This document shows positions 1 to 6,237 of a stretch of 41,408 nt of DNA, in pieces. This stretch comes from a virus (taxonomy: Duplodnaviria; Caudoviricetes), in IMG/VR virus record IMGVR_UViG_3300032212_000049, positions 1 to 41,408 of that record. One strand, 5' to 3'. Every line of letters begins with the position of its first letter. Within the stretch, counting starts at the first letter, position 1. The position numbers were made by a program, and so were the translations under genes. The notes below the pieces were generated by a model. The model made no database searches. It was given only the letters and a program-made list of their open reading frames with translations, and was not told the DNA's origin.

Positions 1-192
1 ATCAAACAGAAGCCATATGTCTAAAAGCTGTCGAAAATGACGGCAATGCTCTGCAATACGTCAATAATCAAACAGAAGCCATATGTCTAAAAGCTGTCGA
101 AAATGACGGCAATGCTCTGCAATACGTCAATAATCAAACAGAAGCCATATGTCTAAAAGCTGTCGAAAATGACGGCAATGCTCTGCAATACG
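1..192 (+). repeat. 66-bp coding tandem repeat, about 3 copies (continuation of 40861-41408)
   Basis: Unit atcaaacagaagccatatgtctaaaagctgtcgaaaatgacggcaatgctctgcaatacgtcaata repeated directly. Confidence 0.97.
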
Positions 193-266
193 TAAAGAGC
201 GCCACATTCGACGCAGCAAAGATCATCCTTGTTGAAGGCGTTAAATACACAATTAATAAAATGTAA
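3..266 (+). CDS. C-terminal part of the 22-aa repeat protein (DUF4116-like), continuing from 40726 across the circular join
   Basis: Frame 3 reads QTEAICLKAVENDGNALQYVNN repeats, then VKSATFDAAKIILVEGVKYTINKM-TAA. Not in the ORF track because its start is at the other end. Confidence 0.85.
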   Translation, partial: QTEAICLKAVENDGNALQYVNNQTEAICLKAVENDGNALQYVNNQTEAICLKAVENDGNALQYVKSATFDAAKIILVEGVKYTINKM

Positions 267-275
267 GCATATAGC

Positions 276-298
276 ATGAAATCAAACGGGCGAACATG
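276..298 (+). repeat. 23-bp direct repeat, right copy (left copy 40646-40668)
   Basis: atgaaatcaaacgggcgaacatg occurs exactly at both positions, flanking the repeat-protein gene. Confidence 0.9.
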
Positions 299-449
299 TA
301 AAGAATGCCATTGGCCACTAACCGGCAATAAAAAGCATTTTTGCAATGTAATGTGCAAAACGGATCACGAAAAACGAGCACGAAAAGCGAAATCGTTTAT
401 TCCAGATCCAGATGTTCAGATGAAAAACAGGTTTTTATTGGGGGTGTAA
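276..449 (+). CDS. Small putative zinc-finger protein (57 aa)
   Basis: Manual translation MKSNGRTCKECHWPLTGNKKHFCNVMCKTDHEKRARKAK...LLGV*. CxxC...CxxxC pattern; below the ORF-track cutoff. Confidence 0.6.
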   Translation: MKSNGRTCKECHWPLTGNKKHFCNVMCKTDHEKRARKAKSFIPDPDVQMKNRFLLGV

Positions 450-451
450 AA

Positions 452-670
452 ATGAAGACATCAGAAATCAAAACCGGGAAAACCTACGTAAATAAGGGCG
501 CAGGAAAAACGCGCAGAACAGTTATTGAAATAGGCAATGAGCACAGGCCGGAGACGTTTAACAGCATTAACGATGCGCCTAATGAGCCTGGGGTGCTATA
601 TGAGCAGAGCGGTAAGCATCGAACACTTTATTTGAGCAGTTTTGCGCAATGGTGCGGGAAAGAGTCATAA
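452..670 (+). CDS. Hypothetical protein (first ORF ending in an attC-like site)
   Basis: ATG 452 after GGGGTG. The stop TAA is part of TCATAAC. Confidence 0.75.
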   Translation: MKTSEIKTGKTYVNKGAGKTRRTVIEIGNEHRPETFNSINDAPNEPGVLYEQSGKHRTLYLSSFAQWCGKES

Positions 671-713
671 CCACCGCAATATACGGCTTGTCCCGTGGAA
701 TGCTTTGTTATGT
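665..713 (+). repeat. attC-like site 1 (49 bp)
   Basis: tcataac ... acgg/ccgt stem ... gttatgt; short and degenerate. Confidence 0.65.
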
Positions 714-748
714 GGGTAATTTATTTTACACAGAGGATAAGAAATATT

Positions 749-886
749 ATGAAAACGTATTATTGGTTGATGATTAGAAAAAATGGCTCTCATGTCGAGG
801 GTAAATTTAGTTTGGTTCGTAGAGTTTTTGGGCGTGTGTTTTTAGGCGAAACCTACCAGGTTATAGGAGATTGGAAAAATGTATAG
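749..886 (+). CDS. Hypothetical cassette protein (45 aa)
   Basis: GAGGA SD then ATG 749. The ORF-track start at 695 lies inside the attC. Confidence 0.6.
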   Translation: MKTYYWLMIRKNGSHVEGKFSLVRRVFGRVFLGETYQVIGDWKNV

Positions 887-1040
887 TTGCTATAGATTGG
901 TTTTAGTTGCTGAAGATGGCGAGTACGTTATTTCAGAATGGCAAACAGAAGAAAGAGCGTTCAAAGAATTTGACAGAATTAAAGGAAATTACGGCGAAGG
1001 GCAAAGGTTAACTATTCGCCAGGTTGCGAGGACGTTTTAA
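879..1040 (+). CDS. Hypothetical cassette protein (53 aa)
   Basis: Manual translation MYSCYRLVLVAEDGEYVISEWQTEERAFKEFDRIKGNYGEGQRLTIRQVARTF*, with AGGAG SD upstream. Confidence 0.65.
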   Translation: MYSCYRLVLVAEDGEYVISEWQTEERAFKEFDRIKGNYGEGQRLTIRQVARTF

Positions 1041-1041
1041 C

Positions 1042-1104
1042 ACATAACCGCTGCAATATGCGGCGTGAGGGACGAACGTCCTTTGCATGATTGCTTTGTT
1101 ATGT
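1042..1104 (+). repeat. attC-like site 2 (63 bp)
   Basis: acataac / gttatgt outer boxes. Inner gcaatatgc pairs with gcatgattgc leaving one extra G; ggacg/cgtcc terminal stem. Confidence 0.85.
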
Positions 1105-1125
1105 TGGGTATTGGAGGTATTAAAA

Positions 1126-1344
1126 ATGGTAGACGAAATTGAATTTATGCACATGGAAGAAGACAGAAATAGAGATCACAACACACCAGTCATAATCAAG
1201 TTTTTTGAGTTGTCTGGGAAGTGGTCTATTTGTCACCAAAAGAGCGGTCAAAACGCATTTAGAAAAGAAGTAAATATGTTTGATACAAAACAAGATGCGA
1301 TTGAATTTGCAGAAGATAACGATTGTGTCGTTTTCGACACATAA
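1126..1344 (+). CDS. Hypothetical cassette protein
   Basis: GGAGGT SD, ATG 1126; stop within acaTAAc. Confidence 0.75.
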   Translation: MVDEIEFMHMEEDRNRDHNTPVIIKFFELSGKWSICHQKSGQNAFRKEVNMFDTKQDAIEFAEDNDCVVFDT

Positions 1345-1401
1345 CCTTTCTATTTTGCGGCTCGCGTTCCTTTGCGAGTCCGAAAGAATGGGTTGTTATA
1401 C
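1339..1401 (+). repeat. attC-like site 3 (63 bp)
   Basis: acataac ... cggctcgc/gcgagtccg stem ... gttatac; near-identical core to site 7. Confidence 0.8.
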
Positions 1402-1419
1402 GATTTATTTGGAGGATTT

Positions 1420-1638
1420 ATGGGAACAGATATCCATGTTTTTGCTGATAATGTAAGACTAAGAGAAGAAAACGAAAAGCTAAGAAAAGGAATAAAGGCT
1501 GTGCGTGACCTGATCGATGAAAGTTACGGCATAGAAGGTTTACATCAAAGCGGTGAGGTTTGTCCTTGGCATGACTTAGAGCAAGGTGGCACATTTGAGG
1601 AATGGCTTTTAGAGTTTAACGAAGCTGAATGCGTATAA
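1420..1638 (+). CDS. Hypothetical cassette protein (short coiled-coil segment)
   Basis: GGAGG SD, ATG 1420; stop within gtaTAAc. Confidence 0.75.
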   Translation: MGTDIHVFADNVRLREENEKLRKGIKAVRDLIDESYGIEGLHQSGEVCPWHDLEQGGTFEEWLLEFNEAECV

Positions 1639-1691
1639 CCCCAAGCTTTGCGGCTGGCGATAGACAGTCCGATTAATGCGCCTTGTTAGGC
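1633..1691 (+). repeat. attC-like site 4 (59 bp)
   Basis: gtataac ... cggctg/cagtccg ... gttaggc (canonical GTTRRRY). Confidence 0.8.
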
Positions 1692-1704
1692 GATAGGATT
1701 GAAC

Positions 1705-2028
1705 ATGCAACAGAAATATAGGCGATGGATAGATGAGCACTACAGCACTGTTAAAAGCTGTAAAAATAGATGTAATGAAGCTGTTAGAGCTATGATTGCA
1801 AAGTTTCCAGAGCTGCGGGTTCGAGTGGGTATAGCCAATGGTGTAATGCACTGCTGGACGATAGACGAAGATCATAGAATTGTTGACCCAACAGCTAAGC
1901 AATTTGAATGCTTCACTGGTAAACGATACGCACGACAATCAACTATTAGATACACAGTTATTGCAGATAGATTTTTGCAAAAACACGAATATGAACCGGC
2001 AACTGGCGCTATATTTTTGGACGCCTAA
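1705..2028 (+). CDS. Putative transglutaminase/papain-fold Cys-His-Asp enzyme (cassette)
   Basis: RC...HCW...IVDPTAKQF motif order; stop within gccTAAc. Alternative TTG start at 1699. Confidence 0.55.
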   Translation: MQQKYRRWIDEHYSTVKSCKNRCNEAVRAMIAKFPELRVRVGIANGVMHCWTIDEDHRIVDPTAKQFECFTGKRYARQSTIRYTVIADRFLQKHEYEPATGAIFLDA

Positions 2029-2076
2029 CCACAAGCTAAAGGGCGCGATAGCGTCCGTTTGAGCGCCTTGTTATGT
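2023..2076 (+). repeat. attC-like site 5 (54 bp)
   Basis: gcctaac; gctaaa pairs with tttgagc (extra G); gggcgc/gcgtcc stem; gttatgt. Confidence 0.85.
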
Positions 2077-2097
2077 GATTATTTTGAGGAATTTAAA

Positions 2098-2442
2098 TTG
2101 AAAGAGTTAGAAGGAAAATATGTTTATCTTAGGCCAACCGCAAATCACGCAAGGAAAGGTAAAAAGGTTAAAAAGGCTTTGATAATAAAAGTTGCTAAGG
2201 TTTTTGTGACCCTTACAATTGAGGGTCTGAATTTGGCGCAAAAGTATCGTTTTGACGGTAATAGATTAAGCAATGAGCATAATGCTGGATATGTTGTCTA
2301 TGCAAACCAACAAGATCTTGATGAATATTATGAAGCAAACGAGCTAGCAGATAGGATTAACAGAAAATACCGCTACCAGCGCGATTTTGCGCAAGTAGAA
2401 ATAAACAAGCTTAGGCAAGTAGCTGAGATATTAGACATATAA
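2098..2442 (+). CDS. Hypothetical cassette protein (basic N-terminus)
   Basis: GAGGA SD then TTG 2098; ORF track 2059..2442. Confidence 0.75.
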   Translation: MKELEGKYVYLRPTANHARKGKKVKKALIIKVAKVFVTLTIEGLNLAQKYRFDGNRLSNEHNAGYVVYANQQDLDEYYEANELADRINRKYRYQRDFAQVEINKLRQVAEILDI

Positions 2443-2493
2443 TCTTGCGATAAACGGCAAATTTACGAGTCAGATTTAATAGCATTGTTATAC
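2437..2493 (+). repeat. attC-like site 6, degenerate (57 bp)
   Basis: Left box reads atataat instead of the expected acataac; right box gttatac intact. Confidence 0.55.
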
Positions 2494-2517
2494 GTAAATT
2501 TGATAGGTGATTATATT

Positions 2518-2688
2518 ATGACGACATTGTTAAAAATTCTATTTTTTATAGCTGTATGGATTGCGGTTACCGCATTGTTTATGGGGCCGATGAACTCAGA
2601 CGCATCACTTTTATTTGATGTGTTATGTGCAGCAGGATGGGCGCTTTTGACTCAGATTTTTGAAAAAACAAGGTTTGTAAGCGTATAA
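2518..2688 (+). CDS. Small two-TM membrane protein (cassette, 56 aa)
   Basis: AGGTGA SD; two hydrophobic segments; stop within gtaTAAc. Confidence 0.7.
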   Translation: MTTLLKILFFIAVWIAVTALFMGPMNSDASLLFDVLCAAGWALLTQIFEKTRFVSV

Positions 2689-2755
2689 CCTTTCTATTTT
2701 GCGGCTCGCGTTCCTTTACGAGTCCGAGCGTAGCGGCAAGAATGCTTTGTTATAC
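2683..2755 (+). repeat. attC-like site 7 (73 bp)
   Basis: gtataac cctttctattttgcggctcgcgttcctttacgagtccg ... gttatac; shares about 40 nt with site 3. Confidence 0.8.
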
Positions 2756-2769
2756 CGGAGGATTGGAAA

Positions 2770-3057
2770 TTGAACAGACTTGAACACCTACTAACTATTT
2801 TTAGTGAAGAATGCTCAGAGATACAGCAGGCCGTTTCAAAAGCGAAGCGGTTTGGTTTGGATGATGGTTATCCTGGAACTGAAAGAACTAATCTATCTGA
2901 TATAAGGATAGAGCTAAATCAACTCATAGCTATGGCTGAAATGTTAGAAGCAGAGGGGCTAGATCTGTCGCCTGATCATAGAGTTAGAGCCGAAAAGAAG
3001 GTTAAGGTTGAGCATTATTTAGAGTACTCGAAAGAAAGAGGCACTTTAAGCGTATAA
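2770..3057 (+). CDS. MazG-like nucleotide pyrophosphohydrolase family protein (cassette)
   Basis: EECSEIQQAVSKAKRFG...IELNQL resembles the phage MazG-like EExxE...ExxD pattern, with the last D replaced by Q. Confidence 0.6.
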   Translation: MNRLEHLLTIFSEECSEIQQAVSKAKRFGLDDGYPGTERTNLSDIRIELNQLIAMAEMLEAEGLDLSPDHRVRAEKKVKVEHYLEYSKERGTLSV

Positions 3058-3169
3058 CCTTTCTATTTTGCGGCAAACAAAGGACAAACCAGCTATGAAA
3101 GATGAATTACCAGAAATTACAGAAAACCGGACAGAAGAAGGTTTGTCCGACAAGAATAAGTTGTTAGAT
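3052..3169 (+). repeat. attC-like site 8 with a long loop (118 bp)
   Basis: gtataac ctttctattttgcggcaaac ... gtttgtccgacaagaataag ttgttagat. The loop contains an SD and ATG. Confidence 0.7.
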
Positions 3170-3382
3170 GCGATTCACACAGGGAAAGTGCTTGTTACTT
3201 GGAACGGTAACGAGTGCGGTAAATTGTGGGAACGTCTTTGGAAATGGACTGAAGCTGAAGGCTATCAAAGTAAGACTTGCGCAAGTGGCTTATTTGATAA
3301 CTGGTATACCTATAAAAACAGCGATGAATTTGTTTTACGCCTAAAGCAAGAGATTACTGAATTTAATTTTTGTGGCATCTAA
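3095..3382 (+). CDS. Hypothetical protein starting inside attC-like site 8
   Basis: AAAGGA SD, ATG 3095; reads through the GTTAGAT box; stop within atcTAAc (3377-3383). Confidence 0.65.
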   Translation: MKDELPEITENRTEEGLSDKNKLLDAIHTGKVLVTWNGNECGKLWERLWKWTEAEGYQSKTCASGLFDNWYTYKNSDEFVLRLKQEITEFNFCGI

Positions 3383-3459
3383 CACACGATTCAACGAAGC
3401 AATGTCGCTGTATTTTAGATATGGCGACTACAAATTAGATTTGAGAAGGGCAAGCGGAA

Positions 3460-3684
3460 ATGAGCGACTTATATTTAAGTGATGAAGAGGTTAAGACGAT
3501 CACCGGGAAAGTTCGGTCTTCATGGCAAAAAAAAGCGCTGGAAGAAATGGGCTACACTGTGAAAGTCAGGCCAGATGGATCGTTTTGGGTTCCTCGTGGT
3601 CAGTTTCTTGACGCCAAAAAAGTAGAACCAGAGAAAAAATACACTTTAAATTTGGAAGCATTAAGCGATGGTCAGGCAGCGTAA
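3460..3684 (+). CDS. Excisionase-like protein (DUF4224-type)
   Basis: LSDEEVKTITG...Q...L..MG...RPDGS motif; overlaps the integrase start. Confidence 0.8.
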   Translation: MSDLYLSDEEVKTITGKVRSSWQKKALEEMGYTVKVRPDGSFWVPRGQFLDAKKVEPEKKYTLNLEALSDGQAA

Positions 3685-4780
3685 CTCAGAAAACAATCCT
3701 TATCCTAAAAACTGGCGTATTCGGAAGCGCGGTAATAATGGCGATTATGTCATTTCTTATCGTGCCCCCAAATCCGCTAGACACCTATGGGGCGGTAAAG
3801 CAGAGCCCGAACTTGGCCGTGGAAAAACAAAAGGCGAAGCAGAAAAGAAAGCATTTGCTGAATGGAGTAAGAGAATATCCATCGATACTACGCCGATGAC
3901 CATGGCAGACTTGTTTGATAAATATAGCGCTGAAGTTATCCCAAATAAAGCACACAAAACGCAACTATCAAATAACGCAAGCATTAAGCGATTAAGAGCT
4001 GTTCACGGAGATATGCCAGTTTTAGTTTACGAAACATACATGGCTTATCAGTATAAAGAGCAATGCGCTAAAGATTACAGCAAAAAAATAGCAAATCTTG
4101 ACCTTCAAGTATTATCGCATTGCTTCACCAAAGCGTTTGAATGGGGCGTCCCGATTACTGAGCATCCGATAAAACAAAAGGTGACAAAATTTACAATACC
4201 ACCCAGAGACCGTTATGTAGAAGACTGGGAATTAGAAGCATTTCTATCAATCTGTAATCCAATGTTAAAGGTCTATGTGCCATTAAAGTATGCGACTGGC
4301 AAAGACAAATCTATGATTCTACGAATTAAAATGTCAGATATTACAGAAACCGGTCTAAGTTTCCCAAAGCGCGGCAAAATAAAAACTAGCGCCAATGCAA
4401 AGGCATCGTTTATGCCGTTTTACGATAAGCAAGGAGATTCTACTGGACTAAAAGAGATAATTGATGGCGTTATAGCTTGGCGTAAAAAACATTTAAAAAT
4501 CAGTTCTATTTGGCTTATCTGCACGTCCGTAGGTCAGCCTTATATAAAAGAAACAGGCGCAACAAGTGGTTTTGACTCAATTTGGAAGCGCGCTATGACA
4601 AAAGCGCTTGATAACACCAGGTTAGAATTGCGCTTTACTGAGCATGATTTGTGCTCTAAGTCTGCCAGTGATGTCGAAACAGTAGAGCAGGCAGCAAAGC
4701 TAAGAGGTCACACAAATACGAAAACAACACAGCAGAACTACAGGGTGAAACCTGAAATAGTTATGCCGATAAAATGCTAA
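3668..4780 (+). CDS. int: Phage tyrosine recombinase/integrase with atypical catalytic motifs
   Basis: 370 aa between xis and attP; RDRYV, ATG(KD), HDL(C)SKSASD and GH...Y boxes. Confidence 0.88.
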   Translation: MVRQRNSENNPYPKNWRIRKRGNNGDYVISYRAPKSARHLWGGKAEPELGRGKTKGEAEKKAFAEWSKRISIDTTPMTMADLFDKYSAEVIPNKAHKTQLSNNASIKRLRAVHGDMPVLVYETYMAYQYKEQCAKDYSKKIANLDLQVLSHCFTKAFEWGVPITEHPIKQKVTKFTIPPRDRYVEDWELEAFLSICNPMLKVYVPLKYATGKDKSMILRIKMSDITETGLSFPKRGKIKTSANAKASFMPFYDKQGDSTGLKEIIDGVIAWRKKHLKISSIWLICTSVGQPYIKETGATSGFDSIWKRAMTKALDNTRLELRFTEHDLCSKSASDVETVEQAAKLRGHTNTKTTQQNYRVKPEIVMPIKC

Positions 4781-4783
4781 TCA

Positions 4784-5019
4784 ATGGGGCAATCTATGGT
4801 TTATGGGGCAATCCAAAAAACGCAATGGCTGGAAAGCCCCGTAAAATGGCGCGGCTGGCAGGATTCGAACCTGCGACCACCTGGTTCGAAGCCAGTAAGT
4901 TTATTTCACTTTTTATTTTGCAAATCAAGTGCTTACGACAATATATTGCCCCATTCAAAACGTATCGCGCAGGAAAATAAACCCTTATATATCATAGATA
5001 TAGCTAAATCAATGGGGCA
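4784..5019. promoter_or_regulatory. Integrase arm-type repeats and an IHF-consensus site around the attP core
   Basis: ATGGGGCA at 4784, 4803 and 5012, inverted at 4947. aatcaagtgctta (4923-4935) matches WATCAANNNNTTR. Confidence 0.7.
4847..4895 (-). other. attP core: 3' half of a tRNA-Arg(TCG) gene
   Basis: Reverse complement ctggcttcgaaccaggtggtcgcaggttcgaatcctgccagccgcgcca contains the anticodon arm, T-arm and CCA but no 5' half. Confidence 0.88.
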
Positions 5020-5060
5020 CAAATTGGTCTATTTTTACGCCGACCTTGCATCAAAGTATT

Positions 5061-5714
5061 ATGCTAAGTGAATTAAGAATTAATCATAACTATCAAAAAA
5101 GTTTTGCCTTCACTGATGAATTGATTGTCAACAACTTTGCCGGTGGCGGTGCGAGTATTGGAATTGAGCTTGCCATGGGTCGCCCTGTTGATATTGCTAT
5201 AAACCATGACGAAAAAGCCATTGAAATGCACAGTAACAATCACCCACAAACGCATCATTATTGTGAAAGTGTTTGGGATGTAGATCCGCGTAAAGTCGTT
5301 GGAGACAGTTAGGTAAAACTTGCTTGGTTCTCGCCGGACTGTAAGCACTTCAGTAAAGCAAAAGGTGGCAAGCCTGTCGAAAAGAGCATTCGCGGTCTTG
5401 CCTGGGTAGCGATCAAATGGGCGGCAACCGTTAAACCAAAAGTGATTATGCTCGAGAACGTTGAGGAGTTTGCAACATGGGGCCCGCTGGTTGACGGTCA
5501 GCAATGCAAGAAGCGAAAAGGCAGAACCTTCAAATCATTTACCAATGCATTAAATCGTCTCGGCTACCAGGTTGAATACAGAACGCTTCGCGCTTGCGAC
5601 TATGGAGCTCCAACAATACGGAAAAGACTATTTATGGTTGCTCGGCGTGATAGCAAGTCAGTTGTTTGGTTCGCACCCGCACCCGCACCCGCACCCGCAC
5701 CCGCAAGAATATAG
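5061..5714 (+). pseudogene. C5 cytosine DNA methyltransferase pseudogene
   Basis: FAGGGAS, FSPDCKHFS, MLENV and YGAPTIRKR motifs in one frame, interrupted by TAG at 5310-5312 and truncated after a (GCACCC)n tract. Confidence 0.85.
5673..5705 (+). repeat. (GCACCC)5.5 hexamer microsatellite
   Basis: Five exact copies plus gca. Confidence 0.95.
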
Positions 5715-5722
5715 AAGGCATG

Positions 5723-5884
5723 CTATAGAACAAGTAGCAAACTGGCCAATGTCTCAACAATATCTCTTATAATCCATAAGCAAATTGTACCAACAAAGGC
5801 ATAAATTAATCGACGGGTGTGTTTTTGCTTGTCAATCCTGTTGGTAAATTTATTGACGGCTTCTACTAAGCGCCTATAATCCAT
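5723..5884 (-). CDS. Small hydrophobic protein (53 aa), candidate type I toxin
   Basis: AGAGGTG SD then MDYRRLVEAVNKFTNRIDKQKHTRRLIYAFVGTICLWIIRDIVETLASLLLVL*; not in the ORF track. Confidence 0.6.
   Translation of the reverse strand: MDYRRLVEAVNKFTNRIDKQKHTRRLIYAFVGTICLWIIRDIVETLASLLLVL
5853..5880 (+). promoter_or_regulatory. Near-consensus sigma70 promoter
   Basis: TTGACG-16 nt-TATAAT. Confidence 0.65.
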
Positions 5885-5885
5885 A

Positions 5886-5954
5886 TATCACCTCTAGTTC
5901 AGTTAGGGCGTGTTCACGACCTCGGTCAGTTGCACCTGATGCGGGGTCTTTTTT
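5886..5954 (+). ncRNA. Candidate ~70-nt antisense sRNA
   Basis: Lies between the promoter above and a GC hairpin + T6 (5918-5954); complementary to the SD/5' UTR of the 5723-5884 ORF. Confidence 0.5.
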
Positions 5955-6237
5955 CGCTTTAAGTCAAATTTAATACTTATACTTAATTCAACATTTCGTA
6001 ACAAATTACATTTAATAATAGTCCACATTGAAACGAATATCTTTCATTAGCTCCAAAATTCAATGTTTTGTCACAGATAATTACAAAGTTTATATTATTC
6101 ACTAAATAACAGATTGGAGTATTTGCAGCATTGTATTATTGAGAACCAAGACAGCTAGCTACTATGAACCAGTTAACTGCCCTGCCCTGGCAAATAGATT
6201 ACTCTACCCGCTCACATCAATTAAAAGGAATTTGATT

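Larger units (their letters stand above)
665..3383 (+). mobile_element. Integron-like gene-cassette array (attC cluster without a recognisable intI)
   Basis: Eight imperfect hairpins bounded by ..TAAC (TAAT in one) and GTTRNRY plus a ninth half site, each following a small co-oriented ORF. Each unit's 5' GTT box is complementary to its own 3' AAC box. Confidence 0.8.

Noticed and set aside
665-3383. Intergenic hairpins as CRISPR repeats or rho-independent terminators
   Set aside because: The spacing is gene-sized, the repeats are divergent, and there are no poly-T tails. The cross-unit box complementarity fits attC-type junctions better.
3668-4780. Integron integrase IntI
   Set aside because: It is paired with an excisionase and a tRNA attP with arm sites, and I could not recognise IntI-specific motifs. 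An HMM search would be needed to exclude it fully.
4847-4895. Functional tRNA gene
   Set aside because: Only the anticodon arm to CCA is present; the D-arm and 5' acceptor strand are missing.
4774-5071. ORFs 4774-4980 and 4784-5071
   Set aside because: They run across the attP core and arm sites, and their translations reflect the antisense tRNA sequence.
5310-5312. Amber recoding (alternative genetic code)
   Set aside because: TAG serves as a normal stop elsewhere (for example the tail tube and portal-overlapping terL genes), and no other gene needs readthrough.
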